From Aureliella sp. (GTDB lineage: Bacteria; Planctomycetota; Planctomycetia; Pirellulales; Pirellulaceae): 64,000 nucleotides of DNA. The position numbers and the translations under genes were made by a program. How positions within the stretch are numbered: position 1 is the stretch's first letter; each line of letters begins with the position of its first letter. This document shows, one piece after another, positions 20,016 to 31,005 of this stretch. The notes below the pieces were generated by a model, which was given only the letters and a program-made list of their open reading frames with translations, ran no database searches and had not been told where the DNA came from. The DNA lies in assembly GCA_963691875.1 (NCBI GenBank), contig OY829846.1, forward strand, positions 1,408,001 to 1,472,000, read 5' to 3'.

Positions 20016-21461
20016 ATGACCCAAATCTTTCCTTCCTTGGTAAAGATCGTCGAGATCCAAGTGACTGTTCTGTTTCTGTCTTGCACTCTGCTGGCAGAAA
20101 GCACGGGTAGCTCAAAGCTGGAGCGGCAGCGAATGCCCAACTTCATCGTGATTTTCTGTGACGATCTCGGTTACGGCGATCTTGGCTGTTATGGTTCCAC
20201 CAAGAACCGAACGCCCAACATTGACCAACTCGCCCGCGAGGGAAAGCGGTTTACCAGCTTCTATTCGTCGAGTCCAGTGTGCACGCCATCTCGATCGAGC
20301 TTGATGACTGGCTGCTACGCGCGACGCATCGGCATGCACGAGGACTTTACAGGGCACTGGGTTCTGATTCCAAGGAGTCGCCGTGGGCTTGCACCCGAGG
20401 AAACAACCTTGCCAGAAATGCTGAAGTCGATCGGATATACAACGGCTTGCGTTGGCAAGTGGCATTTGGGAGATCAGCCACAGCATCTGCCTACTAGACA
20501 TGGATTTGACTTTTATTTCGGCATCCCATACTCCAATGACATGCAAAGCAAAGGTCGTGGTGATCCACCACTCCCTTTGGTCCGACAAGAACAAGTGCTT
20601 GAGGCACCAGCTGAGCAGACGACATTGACGCAGCGATACACCGAGGAAGTTGTCTCATTCATTGAAGAGAATCAGGACAAGCCATTCTTCGTATACCTGC
20701 CCCATACTTTTCCGCATCTGCCACTTTTTGCTTCGGAGCATTTCCACGGAAAAAGCTCCAACGGACGTTATGGAGACGCAGTCGAAGAGATCGACTGGTC
20801 GACTGCGCAAATTATGGCTTGTTTGAAACGCTTGAAACTCGATGACAATACTTTGGTAATCTTCACCAGCGACAATGGCTCGAATGGTCGCAACGGCGGT
20901 TCGAATGCACCGCTTTCTGGGGCGAAAGGTTCAACCATGGAAGGCGGCATGCGAGTCCCCATGATTGCTAGATGGCCAAACAAGATTGCGGCTGGCTCGG
21001 AGTGCAATACCTTGACGACTACAATGGATTTGTTGCCAACTTTTGCTAAGCTCAGCGGAGCGAACCTACCAGATCGGAAAATCGATGGCCATGACATGTC
21101 TTCGCATTTGATGGCTTCCAAAACGCAAAGTGCCTACGATGCTTTTTACTACTATCGGCGGCGACAATTGCAAGCGGTAAGAGTCGGTGAGTGGAAGTAC
21201 CACTTGCCCTTGGAAGCCACTTTTCCGAATTGGACGACGCCCGACAAGTCCGGTAAAGGCCGTCCTGGCAAGCTTGTCAACCTGGAGGAAGATTTGCAGG
21301 AGAAGAGAGACTTATCCGGGCAACATCCGGAGATTGTGACTCGGATGCAGAGATTCGCCCAGCAAGCTATCAAGGAGTTAGGCAACGAAAACTTGGCTGG
21401 AGCTGAGCAGCGTCCTGCATCCACTTTAGATTCGTCCAAGCCAATGGTATTTGCGAATTGA
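20016..21461 (+). CDS. Sulfatase (S1 family)
   Basis: PNFIVIFCDDLGYGD, CTPSR, GKWHLG, FTSDNG, EGGMRVP. Confidence 0.93.
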   Translation: MTQIFPSLVKIVEIQVTVLFLSCTLLAESTGSSKLERQRMPNFIVIFCDDLGYGDLGCYGSTKNRTPNIDQLAREGKRFTSFYSSSPVCTPSRSSLMTGCYARRIGMHEDFTGHWVLIPRSRRGLAPEETTLPEMLKSIGYTTACVGKWHLGDQPQHLPTRHGFDFYFGIPYSNDMQSKGRGDPPLPLVRQEQVLEAPAEQTTLTQRYTEEVVSFIEENQDKPFFVYLPHTFPHLPLFASEHFHGKSSNGRYGDAVEEIDWSTAQIMACLKRLKLDDNTLVIFTSDNGSNGRNGGSNAPLSGAKGSTMEGGMRVPMIARWPNKIAAGSECNTLTTTMDLLPTFAKLSGANLPDRKIDGHDMSSHLMASKTQSAYDAFYYYRRRQLQAVRVGEWKYHLPLEATFPNWTTPDKSGKGRPGKLVNLEEDLQEKRDLSGQHPEIVTRMQRFAQQAIKELGNENLAGAEQRPASTLDSSKPMVFAN

Positions 21462-21485
21462 CTCAAGAGTCGCCCTCCAACACGA

Positions 21486-24400
21486 TTATTCCACGCCAAA
21501 CAAACCAGCGGGTGGAATTAGCTCGCCGCCCAGAGAACCGAGCCGACCGGTTTGCAAGAATCGCGGTTCGATGTTGAAGTTGAAGGATACGTTGTCCCGG
21601 CCATGGTCAATGTTGAGCCCGACTCGAATCAATGCTGACTCTCCGACGCGCGTGAGTGATAAGCTCTGGCCGATCGAGCCGGTGTCGCCGAAATCGAAGG
21701 CGGCACCACTGGTAGCGATCCATTTGTCTGTCATGCGGTAGTTGACGTAGCCATTAAGGATGTTGGCGCTGATTGGCCCCTCGAGAGAAAGCATCCCGAT
21801 GTAGAGGTCTCCCCGCCCTGGCCGGCTCATCTGGGCTCCAGCTGAGATTGCCTTCAGACCTTGAGAGAAAACATCAAAGTAGCCATCCGACAGCAACGTC
21901 AAACGATCCCCGACGTGATACCTGAAATCGTAGGTGATTGCTCCAAAGTCTTCGCCAAAGTTGTCACGCTCGGCTTTCGGGAAATAGGTGAAGTCCGTAT
22001 CAAATTCGATCAAATCGACGATTCGCTCTCTGCCAGGCATTCCACGTTTCGTTTGCCAACGATTATTCAGTCCGACACGAATCTGGCTCATATCATCCAT
22101 CACCTCGGAACTTCCCGCCGTCACCCAACGTTGCATACCACTTCGGAGCGCAAAGGATCGCTCGTCAAACTGTGGAGGCAGAGCACCTCCGAAGGTATTG
22201 AAGATGAAACGCCGCCTGAAATACTCCTGAGCGTCATCGTCCAGCGGATCGTAAAGCGGAAATCGATCTAGGTCCTGATTGGAATCAGCGTAGAACCACT
22301 CTGTTTCTAAAGTCATCTTGTGAGCCAAGCCCCGAAGATCGAGTAATCTATTTTCGACGTTCGGATTGGCGTTCCACATCGGCAGAGCGGTTCGCACTCC
22401 CGCTTGCCCTGTGAGCCGCACAACGTCGTCTTGGGTCACGTCTTCGTTCCAGAATGCCGCTTCACCAGACAGATAGGGAACGACCTTGAATGCGCCGAGT
22501 GTGAATGGCAGGCTTAGTTCATGTCTAGTTGTAGCTCGCAAGCCCTCGCTGTCGCTCTCCCAAGGTCGTAATGTGAACTTTGCTGCATTCTGCGGATCAA
22601 TCGGAGCGGTTGCGACTCGCTGATGACCGTAGCCTGCACTAGTGTGGGCGCTCCAAGTGACGCGTTGCGCAAAGAGATCTTGCCCGAGCAAATAGTGATC
22701 GATACGAGGCAACCATTCTGTTTTCGTGTGGAAGTCGTTTATCCGAGGGCTGCCAAAGATCTCAAACATCCGATTACCGTTGTAGCGACGCAGACGAAGT
22801 TCGGTGTTGAGATCCTTGTTCTGATCCCATTCTTGTTCGAAGTATTGCTCCAAAAAATCTCGGTCGCTGGCCCAGCCTGTCTCGGCGGTAAGCTCCCAAT
22901 TCTGAGTCAGAAAAATCCTATGCTGCGAATAGGAACGCCCTCGAAATTCTTCCTCCGGCAGTAGATTGACACGATCTTGCCCGAGTGTGTCGAGGCCGTT
23001 GTCTTTGATGAACCAGGAATCGGAAAAGCCGTAGCCGGGTGCACCAAAAATCCATGTCGTCCGGTTGTACTCAAACCTTGATCCCAGGGCGAAGCCGCGG
23101 TCGGACAAGTAGTCGGTCGATAGCCGCAGCTCGGTTCCTTCCGGTCCGTCGATTCCCAATAGTTGGTACAGGTTCCAGTCGGCGAACACCTGCGTGCCGA
23201 AGATGGTGTCATTCTTGAAACGCAGACTCGACAGATAGAAACTTGAATCTTGCAAATCTGTATTCAGTGTAGGCCAGTAGAAGATGGGGACACCAGCCAA
23301 ATACACGTGGTTGCCACGCGAGATTGCTCGCATCTCAGTGGAGCGACCTTCCTCAAGATTCGAGAAGACTGACAAATCACCTTCTGAACGATTGTCGGTA
23401 TAGTCTACTTCGCCAGCCTGAACCCAATACCTTGGCACTCCCATACGGCTACTGGTGATGGCGGCATTGTAAGCCTTGAATGATTGCGAATTGCGTTGCT
23501 GCAGAACATCCGCTTTTAGTCGCATCAGTCCCTGATACTGAGGTACTGGTGTCAATATTTCGGCGTCCAGAACCATGCCATATTCGCTCGACACGTTGTA
23601 GTACATGCGATCAGCATAGATAACGCGATTGCCCTGATAGAAAACAATGTTGCCATCTAAGTACAGCTCCACTGGGCGATCTGGCGTCGAGGAGAATCCC
23701 TCAAGAATGCTACTGCCGGGCTCACTCCGTGCCCAAAGAACAGCATTGTCTGCTTCGAGTGTGATGGTTCCATAGTCGACGACGGAACCGTCTGCTTGCG
23801 CTACCTGGATTCCTTGCACGACCATCTTGAAGCCGCCGCGCACTGTTGCCACGACTTCACCACTTTCTTGATTGAAATCTGATTTGACCTGAGTCTGAGA
23901 ACCGCGTGGGAAAAACTGGACATTCTTGGCTGCATATGGCGGAGGTGTCGATGGTGGCGTAACTTGACGAACAACCTGTGGTGCGGATGGCGCCAAGTTG
24001 CTCGGATTCAGTTGTAGAGCGTTGTTCGGACTATCCGGTTGCCCTGCAATCGGCACAGCAACGGGTCCGGCTGCGGGGTAAGGTGCCGAGCCATCGGTGG
24101 GAATGGCCAGTCCGCTTTGCGGTAATAGTCTTGAGTTGCTAGTACTTCCTGCTCTCGCATTCGGATCCCATGAAACTCCGCCCGGAGTACTGGGAATTCG
24201 TGCAGCCGCTGTCGGCGCAGCGGGCCTAGCCGCATCCTGCAAGAGCGGAGGAGCTTCGAAGGAGCTTTCTTGTGGCTTCAGAAAACTAGCCAAAGAAACA
24301 CTTCCCGGCTCGCGAGCCCAATCCAGACTGGGGATGTCGTAGCGAGTCACCAATTCACCACGATCGATCGAAACAGGATGAATGCTGAAAAGGCGACCGG

Positions 24401-24938
24401 TATAACGCCAGTCCTTGAGCTTTTGACCGCTTCCCCAGTCCAGCTCTGCATTTCCATTCATGTAGCAAATAATCTTACCAGCTCGCTCTTCGCTAAGCAT
24501 CGTGTTGCGTTCGATCCACAGCACAATCTCATCCGCCTTGGCGGTAAGCTGGCCTTGGTTCAATTCGCAATTACCTTGAAAGGCCAAGACGTCATAGGCA
24601 CCACGTTTTACGCTTGCATAGGTGTCTGATGTGATCGAGATGCGATAGGCAGGATCAATTCGTGGAACATCGATCTCCGACGCCGAAACGGCCGTGTGTC
24701 GCTGCGAGAAAAGCGCGAATGAAAACAAAAGAATGTAGCAAGCTCGACCGATCGAACGAGTAGCAGGCAGTCCTGAAAAGGGCGGTTTTATTCTGCCACG
24801 CGCAAACGCATAGACAGACGGTTTTACCGCCAATGTCGAAATCGAGGATCGTTGCCTGATCCTGTTCTGCACCAAAGACTTTCTATGAAAGCGTACGCAA
24901 CGATCCGCCACCCAACTGAACCTTAAACCTGGGCTCAT
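21486..24938 (-). CDS. lptD: LPS-assembly protein LptD/OstA (planctomycete type); start uncertain
   Basis: ELYLDGNIVF..GNRVIYADRMYY OstA region, GVPIFYWP, SDRDFLEQYFE, long C-terminal beta barrel. Confidence 0.8.
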   Translation of the reverse strand: MSPGLRFSWVADRCVRFHRKSLVQNRIRQRSSISTLAVKPSVYAFARGRIKPPFSGLPATRSIGRACYILLFSFALFSQRHTAVSASEIDVPRIDPAYRISITSDTYASVKRGAYDVLAFQGNCELNQGQLTAKADEIVLWIERNTMLSEERAGKIICYMNGNAELDWGSGQKLKDWRYTGRLFSIHPVSIDRGELVTRYDIPSLDWAREPGSVSLASFLKPQESSFEAPPLLQDAARPAAPTAAARIPSTPGGVSWDPNARAGSTSNSRLLPQSGLAIPTDGSAPYPAAGPVAVPIAGQPDSPNNALQLNPSNLAPSAPQVVRQVTPPSTPPPYAAKNVQFFPRGSQTQVKSDFNQESGEVVATVRGGFKMVVQGIQVAQADGSVVDYGTITLEADNAVLWARSEPGSSILEGFSSTPDRPVELYLDGNIVFYQGNRVIYADRMYYNVSSEYGMVLDAEILTPVPQYQGLMRLKADVLQQRNSQSFKAYNAAITSSRMGVPRYWVQAGEVDYTDNRSEGDLSVFSNLEEGRSTEMRAISRGNHVYLAGVPIFYWPTLNTDLQDSSFYLSSLRFKNDTIFGTQVFADWNLYQLLGIDGPEGTELRLSTDYLSDRGFALGSRFEYNRTTWIFGAPGYGFSDSWFIKDNGLDTLGQDRVNLLPEEEFRGRSYSQHRIFLTQNWELTAETGWASDRDFLEQYFEQEWDQNKDLNTELRLRRYNGNRMFEIFGSPRINDFHTKTEWLPRIDHYLLGQDLFAQRVTWSAHTSAGYGHQRVATAPIDPQNAAKFTLRPWESDSEGLRATTRHELSLPFTLGAFKVVPYLSGEAAFWNEDVTQDDVVRLTGQAGVRTALPMWNANPNVENRLLDLRGLAHKMTLETEWFYADSNQDLDRFPLYDPLDDDAQEYFRRRFIFNTFGGALPPQFDERSFALRSGMQRWVTAGSSEVMDDMSQIRVGLNNRWQTKRGMPGRERIVDLIEFDTDFTYFPKAERDNFGEDFGAITYDFRYHVGDRLTLLSDGYFDVFSQGLKAISAGAQMSRPGRGDLYIGMLSLEGPISANILNGYVNYRMTDKWIATSGAAFDFGDTGSIGQSLSLTRVGESALIRVGLNIDHGRDNVSFNFNIEPRFLQTGRLGSLGGELIPPAGLFGVE

Positions 24939-25280
24939 CCTGAGTGTTGATCGTAAAAGGCATTCACTCGCGGTTGCTGCGGTGAATTGCCAATGGAATT
25001 CCAAGGTTGCTTATAGAAAAGCAAGCGAAAGCGGGCCAATACCAATCCCTCCCATCTCTCGTTGCAATAAGGAAGGCGATGGCTAACCAGGGGTTCTGCG
25101 CAGGCTGGAGAAGCACATCCTTTTGCCCTTAATGGCTCTTATGGCCCTGTCTGCTTGCGAGGGTGGGGTTACCAGTCCCGGACAAGTTCTTCACTCTTAG
25201 ACTGTTCCCCGAGCTGAGGAGCATGATGGAGCCAGAGCAGTCAAGAATTTTGGCGAATCCCACTACCTTTCAGGAGTTGA

Positions 25281-25868
25281 CTAGCGGAGGCCGGATTTGG
25301 CACAGAGCATGGCAAATACGTGCATCACGGCAGAAACGACTACCGCCAAGCCCGCAAAACGGTGAAGCGCTGCAAACTCTAGCAATCCTGGCGTATCTAA
25401 AATTGGCAACATGCTGAAAAACATGGTGCCCGCGGCGGCGATGCTAGAAATCAGCAACAACCAGGCACTCGCCCGCGAGAACCACCAGCGGCCATCACTT
25501 GTAAATCCCGCTTCCTCCGGCATCGCGCCATTGGGCACAAAGAGCACCGCAACCGCCAGCAGCAAAAACGTGAAGGCACCAGCCCCCGCGAGGTGCGCGA
25601 TCAAGGCGTAGCCAATCATATGACCAGCCTGCAAAATCGAGCCAAACGATGTTCCAGCTAACACAATGACTGTGGCCATAAATGCAAGATAAAGGAGCTT
25701 ACTAAACCAGCTTCGCGACTTGGCAGGAGTGACTGTTTTCTTGGAAGCGTTGATAGCGACTCCGCCAATTACAACCAATACCGCAAGACCGATAAGGCTG
25801 TAAATCAGAATAGATCTGAAGTCGAGTTGAGTGAGGCTCAAGTCGCCAATGGTAACAAAGTGTTGCAT
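25281..25868 (-). CDS. Cytochrome b-like membrane protein (FdnI/HyaC-type fold)
   Basis: About five TM segments, IAH in one helix and an H-x13-H pair (LHRFAGLAVVVSAVMH) in the last; RBS GAGGGAG before ATG 25868. Confidence 0.65.
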   Translation of the reverse strand: MQHFVTIGDLSLTQLDFRSILIYSLIGLAVLVVIGGVAINASKKTVTPAKSRSWFSKLLYLAFMATVIVLAGTSFGSILQAGHMIGYALIAHLAGAGAFTFLLLAVAVLFVPNGAMPEEAGFTSDGRWWFSRASAWLLLISSIAAAGTMFFSMLPILDTPGLLEFAALHRFAGLAVVVSAVMHVFAMLCAKSGLR

Positions 25869-25882
25869 TGCGTTTTCTCCCT

Positions 25883-28048
25883 CTAGCGTTTGAAGAATCG
25901 GGACAAATTCCAGGTCATTGCTGAAACAACGACCAGGCAAGTCAACGCCAATGCGATCAAACCCGCGACTTTGAATTGCGACCGGCCCGCGAAGAGCTGA
26001 TTCCAAAGCGTCAGTCGTGGCATGTCGGCTTGCTGCAGATCATAAAGCTTGATCGGTTCCACTTCATGTCCGGGAAGCAAACCGACTGGAGTGATCTCTG
26101 CTTGGAAAAATAGCGATTCGTCACTGTGGCACTCAACGCATCCATTTGCTCCAAGCGATTGCCGGGCAGGTCGGACATTGTGCGCCAATGGCCACTGGTA
26201 GGGCTTGCTGGCATCCCCGATCAGCTCTGGATCAGCTGGTTCGATTTCTTCTTCGCCCTTGCGTACAAATCCTTGTCCGGCAGAAATATAAACTGCTGTG
26301 CCATCTGGAAACTCCTCCTCGATGGCCTCGAGTGCTGCGGCCATTCGTTCGTTAACTTGTTTCTTGCGTTCCTCCTCTTCAGCGGCAGCAATCTTCTCTT
26401 GCTCCTCTGGCGTGCGGTCTTCCTCTTTGGCACGCGCTCGGTCTTCACCAAGGATCTTTTTCCGATCACTGAGTGAAAGCTTCACGTCCCCCAGGTCTTC
26501 TTCGAAGCCCTTACGAACCTTGAGCGGACGACGCACAATATCGTAGACCTGTTGAGGATTAAGCACTTCGACTTTGCCACTGCGAATTAATCCCCAATAA
26601 GATGGCCACATCATGCGGTGAGGCGTGTAGACTTTGTCGTGAGCATGAAAAGCGTCGTCACCCCCTGCCGTTTCAACGCCCAAGTATTCTGAGTAGTCCA
26701 CCGGCAAGTTAACAGTGCCGAAAATTGCGGGTGCTTCCATCCCGGTGCGTTTGATGTGCTCCCCCAAGCGGTGAGCGATCGAGTTGATTTCACGTGGCAC
26801 CTCGCTGCTCGGCATGGATCCCGAGTGACAAGCCGTGCAAGTCATCTTTTCGAAGTGAATGGGGGGCAAGCCCTTATGCTCTGGCATGGGAGCGCCCAGC
26901 CGACCGGATGCTGCAAGCGGATCACCAGTCTCAGTAGCTGAGCCATGCCCGACGTCATCTCCAACGTGACAACCTTGGCAGGAAAGTGAAGCCACCAAAC
27001 CGCCCGCCTCATGCAACTCGCCGTCGTAGCCACGCACGGTGTGGTGATCTAGGCCATTGCGATGGCAATCGGCACAAGCAATTCCAGCACGAACATGCAC
27101 ATCATCATCGTGCATCCAACGCAAGCCCTGCCCTACTGAGTTTGCATCGCGACTGGTGTGGCAGTAGTAGCAGGAATCGTTCTTCGGCTTGCGGACTAAA
27201 TCGAAAAAGACCTTTCCATCCGACCTAAATCGCCCTTGTTCGTAAGCAACTTTCGGGAGCTTTGCTTGGTTCTCCTCAAGCTTCGGATCGAAGTCACCTT
27301 TGAGCCGCGTCATATTGCCGGAAACGGTTGCGATACCGAGTGCCGCGGTGGGTGCATACGCGAAGTTTTCATCTTCTATTTGCTCAGACCATACGAAGGG
27401 ACTGTAGCCACTTCCTGCGTTACGGTGACACATCATGCAATCAACAGGCACCGCACCGGTAATGTGCGTTTTATCCTCAGCTTCCCATTCGTCAGTTTCT
27501 TTTTCACTCTCTGATTCTTTTGCAGTAGCGATTTGTTCTTTCGAGATCTCGTTACCTTCGTCTTCCGGCAAGAGCGACTCTAAGCTACCGACGCCACCGC
27601 CAGGCATAAATCCACCCAGCTTGGCTGCAACTTCCCAACGCGACAATCCTAGGTCGTCAGGATTATGTGTCCCTTCCCATCCGCGAAAGGAAAGGGGTAA
27701 GTGAGTTCCAGTCAGATCGTCGCTCCAAATCCAGGGCTGTCCTGGTCGACCATGCTTCGTGTCTGCATCAGTCGCATTGAAGTGCCAGCCGTGTGAAATC
27801 GTCGAGTACTCATGGCAACGCCCACAAGTCTTCTCCGGCGAGTAGGGTTTGGGAGACTCTGCAGCAGGATCAATCTTTCGATTGTCAGCATCGTACAAGT
27901 CGATCCAGTGCACGTAGCCGCTGCCGTTGTCCGATGTCGCATAGCGGTTCTGTGCTTCAGATCGCTGTGCGAAGCCAAAAAATAGAGAACCGGAAGCTAG
28001 GCAAATGGAGGGGAATAGCTTATTCAGATCCACCAAGGATTCTCTCAT
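25883..28048 (-). CDS. Multiheme c-type cytochrome with 7 CxxCH motifs, a signal peptide and a C-terminal membrane anchor
   Basis: CGRCH, CMMCH, CYYCH, CADCH, CQGCH, CTACH, CVECH; C-terminal TM segment followed by RFFKR. Confidence 0.9.
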   Translation of the reverse strand: MRESLVDLNKLFPSICLASGSLFFGFAQRSEAQNRYATSDNGSGYVHWIDLYDADNRKIDPAAESPKPYSPEKTCGRCHEYSTISHGWHFNATDADTKHGRPGQPWIWSDDLTGTHLPLSFRGWEGTHNPDDLGLSRWEVAAKLGGFMPGGGVGSLESLLPEDEGNEISKEQIATAKESESEKETDEWEAEDKTHITGAVPVDCMMCHRNAGSGYSPFVWSEQIEDENFAYAPTAALGIATVSGNMTRLKGDFDPKLEENQAKLPKVAYEQGRFRSDGKVFFDLVRKPKNDSCYYCHTSRDANSVGQGLRWMHDDDVHVRAGIACADCHRNGLDHHTVRGYDGELHEAGGLVASLSCQGCHVGDDVGHGSATETGDPLAASGRLGAPMPEHKGLPPIHFEKMTCTACHSGSMPSSEVPREINSIAHRLGEHIKRTGMEAPAIFGTVNLPVDYSEYLGVETAGGDDAFHAHDKVYTPHRMMWPSYWGLIRSGKVEVLNPQQVYDIVRRPLKVRKGFEEDLGDVKLSLSDRKKILGEDRARAKEEDRTPEEQEKIAAAEEEERKKQVNERMAAALEAIEEEFPDGTAVYISAGQGFVRKGEEEIEPADPELIGDASKPYQWPLAHNVRPARQSLGANGCVECHSDESLFFQAEITPVGLLPGHEVEPIKLYDLQQADMPRLTLWNQLFAGRSQFKVAGLIALALTCLVVVSAMTWNLSRFFKR

Positions 28049-28131
28049 CGAGGAGCAGTCATCATTTAAAGAACGGCGTGGGGCTCGCACCAGGCCGAAG
28101 GAACCACTTAATTATGTCGTGACTTGGCCAA

Positions 28132-29466
28132 CTATCCAACCGATTCTAGAAGCCGCTCGACGATTTCGGACTGGTTCATTTTCAGGCCAGCAGCGACCTT
28201 AGGTGCCACTAAGACGCGTACCCGTTTGACAAAGCTGTCGAATTGCTCGGTAGCAAGTGACTTCACAACGGGAGAAATGGTGGAAAGCGGAACAAATTTG
28301 GGGGTATTTTCCGTCCCTTCGATGCGAACGGACAAGCGAAATTGAACTTCAAGCTTAACCGGAGGAGCGTCGATCAGCACTGCGCTCGGGCCACAATCGA
28401 CGCCATCACTGCGGAGCCTCCCTGCGAAACGTTCGGAAATCTCTACCAGTTCGGAGTAGGGCAAACGCGACAAAGCAGAATGCAACTCGGGATTCTCCAT
28501 GTAGCTGAACTGGCCAACGCGTTTGTAAAGTGCACGACGATTGCCAAACAGCGAATCGGCCAGGCATTGAATATCAGGTTTCGCTTGCGACTGACTCAAG
28601 TAGTTTGCACCAAACTCGGCATCGCTTTGCTGCAACCAACTTGCGGGATTCATCTGCTCGCGCAGCTCAAATACCAGACGTTGCAGCATAGCGGTCGCGC
28701 TGCGAACCGCGTGGTGCCAGTAGACTTCACTGAACATGACATAGCGGGCAAACACCATCATTTCCGCGGCGGTCTTACCTTTCTCCGATATTGCCAATCC
28801 CCGTTGATCCTGGCCGATACAAAGGGAAGCAATGAGTCGACCAACATCAAAATTGCAACCATAGGGGACACCAGCGTGCAGGCTGTCACGCTGAAGGTAG
28901 TCCATCTTATCGATGTCGACCGGACCGTTCATCACATTCTGAAGCACAGCTGCCGCAGCTGAACCTGGCTGCTTGCCCGCTAGGAAATCTGCAACCGTTT
29001 CAGGAGCGACTCTCCAGTCTGATTCAATGTGTTTCGACAGCTCACCGCCACAAATTAATCTACGGGCAAGCTCCTCGTGTCGCGGTACCCAGTCAAGCTG
29101 CAAGTCTTCAATCGGATGACAGTACGGCCAATGGCCCACATCGTGCAGCAGAGCGACGAGCAGAAAGCATTCTGCGTCTTCGGGCGTCAGGTTCGCTGAA
29201 AAATCAGATTCGACTGCCAGCAATTTCTGAAGAACTTGGCACGCCAAGCGATAAACGCCAAGACTGTGCTCGAATCGACTGTGAGTTGCACCCGGGTAGA
29301 CCTTGGCGACGAGTCCAAGTTGTGAAATACCGCGCAATCGCTGCATAGCGGCTGAGTCCAAGATCCGTCGGACTCGAGGACTGACTGGGACGTCAAGCTG
29401 ATCAGGGATTCGGATCAGCGAAGTGTCATGTGCCGAAAATTCTGGTAGACGATCCATGCTTACCAT
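28132..29466 (-). CDS. HD-domain phosphohydrolase (dNTPase/SAMHD1-like)
   Basis: QRLRGISQLG, HSRFEHSLG, LLHDVGH, DIDKMDYLQRD, VYWHH. Confidence 0.9.
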   Translation of the reverse strand: MVSMDRLPEFSAHDTSLIRIPDQLDVPVSPRVRRILDSAAMQRLRGISQLGLVAKVYPGATHSRFEHSLGVYRLACQVLQKLLAVESDFSANLTPEDAECFLLVALLHDVGHWPYCHPIEDLQLDWVPRHEELARRLICGGELSKHIESDWRVAPETVADFLAGKQPGSAAAAVLQNVMNGPVDIDKMDYLQRDSLHAGVPYGCNFDVGRLIASLCIGQDQRGLAISEKGKTAAEMMVFARYVMFSEVYWHHAVRSATAMLQRLVFELREQMNPASWLQQSDAEFGANYLSQSQAKPDIQCLADSLFGNRRALYKRVGQFSYMENPELHSALSRLPYSELVEISERFAGRLRSDGVDCGPSAVLIDAPPVKLEVQFRLSVRIEGTENTPKFVPLSTISPVVKSLATEQFDSFVKRVRVLVAPKVAAGLKMNQSEIVERLLESVG

Positions 29467-29475
29467 TTGACGAAT

Positions 29476-30897
29476 CTAACTTTCGATTACATCAGTAATA
29501 ACCCGACCGTAGACATCAGTTAATCGGAAATCGCGTCCAGCATGGCGGAACGTAAGCCGCTCGTGATCCAAGCCCATTTGATGTAATAATGTGGCGTGCA
29601 GATCGTGCATATGCACCTTGCCTTGGATTGACTGGAAACCAAACTCGTCGGTTGATCCGTAAGAATAGCCGCGTCGGAAACCGCCACCGGCCAGCCAGAC
29701 TGTGAATCCGCCTGGATTGTGGTCCCGACCAGTTCCGTTGTTCTGAGCGTATGGCGTGCGGCCAAATTCGCCGCCCCACCAGACGATCGTATCCTCTAGC
29801 AGCCCGCGTTCTTTCAAGTCGGCAAGAAGCCCTGCGATTGGGCGATCAACAGCTTGAGCATGAGTCGCATGTTTGGGCAAGTTTGAATGCTGGTCCCAAG
29901 CTGGGTTGGCTGAGTTGTCGCCATAGTTGACTTGTATAAAGCGGACTCCTGCCTCGGCCAGTCGTCGGGCCAACAAGCATTTTTCACCGTAACTTTTCGT
30001 CGTCGGATCGTCGATTCCATATCGATGCAGCGTCGCAGGAGACTCTTGCGATAAATTCAACACCTCTGGTCCCACTTGTTGCATACGCCATGCCAGTTCC
30101 ATCGATTTAATGGCTGCATCGAGTTCCTCTGTTCCTCCGCGGCGTCGGAGCTGCTGAGCGTTCATTTGCTGCAGCAATTGCACTTGGGTTCGTTGTTCCG
30201 CCATCGGAAGATCCCGGGTCAAGCTATCGATCTCCAGTTGTTTGCTTCCTGGACTACCAATCTTCGTGCCCTGAAACTGCGGTGGCAGAAAGGCCGAACC
30301 GTAATTGCGAGGTCCACCATTTCCAACGGAGGGCGCAACGGTGACAAAGCCCGGTAAGTTCGCGTTCTCACTCCCAAGTCCGTAAAACACCCAGCTTCCG
30401 AATGAGGGACGAATAAAATTGCTGGCTCCACAGTGGAGAAACAAAGTTGCGGGTCCATGAGCCACACCTTCGGTATGCATCCCGTGAAGAAAGCAAAGAT
30501 CATCCACATGTTCAGCCGTAGCAGGAAACAAGTCCGAGACAGGCTTGCCCGTTTCACCATACCGCCGAAACTTCCAGGGAGAATCCATCAGCTTGTGCGT
30601 CGTCCGTCTCCCCGTCTTCGCGAGCTGTCGGGCATCATCGAAAAGAAGTGCTTCGCCATTTCGCTTCTGCAATAGCGGCTTCTGATCGAAGGAATCAACT
30701 TGGCTCACTCCTCCTTGCATGAACAAAAAAATAATCCGCTTCGCCTTAGGGAGGTGATGAAAGGGTTGGGTGGGGACCTTCTCAAATGCACCCAATGACT
30801 CACCCGTAAGCATGGCTGACGCAGCCAGTGCTCCAAAACCGCACGCCGATGTTCCCAAGGCCCGACGACGGCTCATAGTTGTAGGCTGGCGATTCAT
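29476..30897 (-). CDS. DUF1501 family protein with Tat signal
   Basis: SRRRAL, AKRIIFLFMQGG.SQ.DSFD.KP, WDQH, GEFGRTP, GRDH, GRDFRLTDV. Confidence 0.93.
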   Translation of the reverse strand: MNRQPTTMSRRRALGTSACGFGALAASAMLTGESLGAFEKVPTQPFHHLPKAKRIIFLFMQGGVSQVDSFDQKPLLQKRNGEALLFDDARQLAKTGRRTTHKLMDSPWKFRRYGETGKPVSDLFPATAEHVDDLCFLHGMHTEGVAHGPATLFLHCGASNFIRPSFGSWVFYGLGSENANLPGFVTVAPSVGNGGPRNYGSAFLPPQFQGTKIGSPGSKQLEIDSLTRDLPMAEQRTQVQLLQQMNAQQLRRRGGTEELDAAIKSMELAWRMQQVGPEVLNLSQESPATLHRYGIDDPTTKSYGEKCLLARRLAEAGVRFIQVNYGDNSANPAWDQHSNLPKHATHAQAVDRPIAGLLADLKERGLLEDTIVWWGGEFGRTPYAQNNGTGRDHNPGGFTVWLAGGGFRRGYSYGSTDEFGFQSIQGKVHMHDLHATLLHQMGLDHERLTFRHAGRDFRLTDVYGRVITDVIES

Positions 30898-31005
30898 TGA
30901 GTTTTCCTCGGTAATCTGTAGGGCTGCCTTTCCCACCGCTGTGGTGTGGATCTTCGCGGCCTTCTCCTATGCGAGTAGGAAAGCCCGCGACGACTGCAGG
31001 CCAGT

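Noticed and set aside
28132..29466. HD protein as an anti-phage dNTPase
   Set aside because: It sits in a housekeeping-like context with no defence genes nearby, so nothing here supports a defence role.
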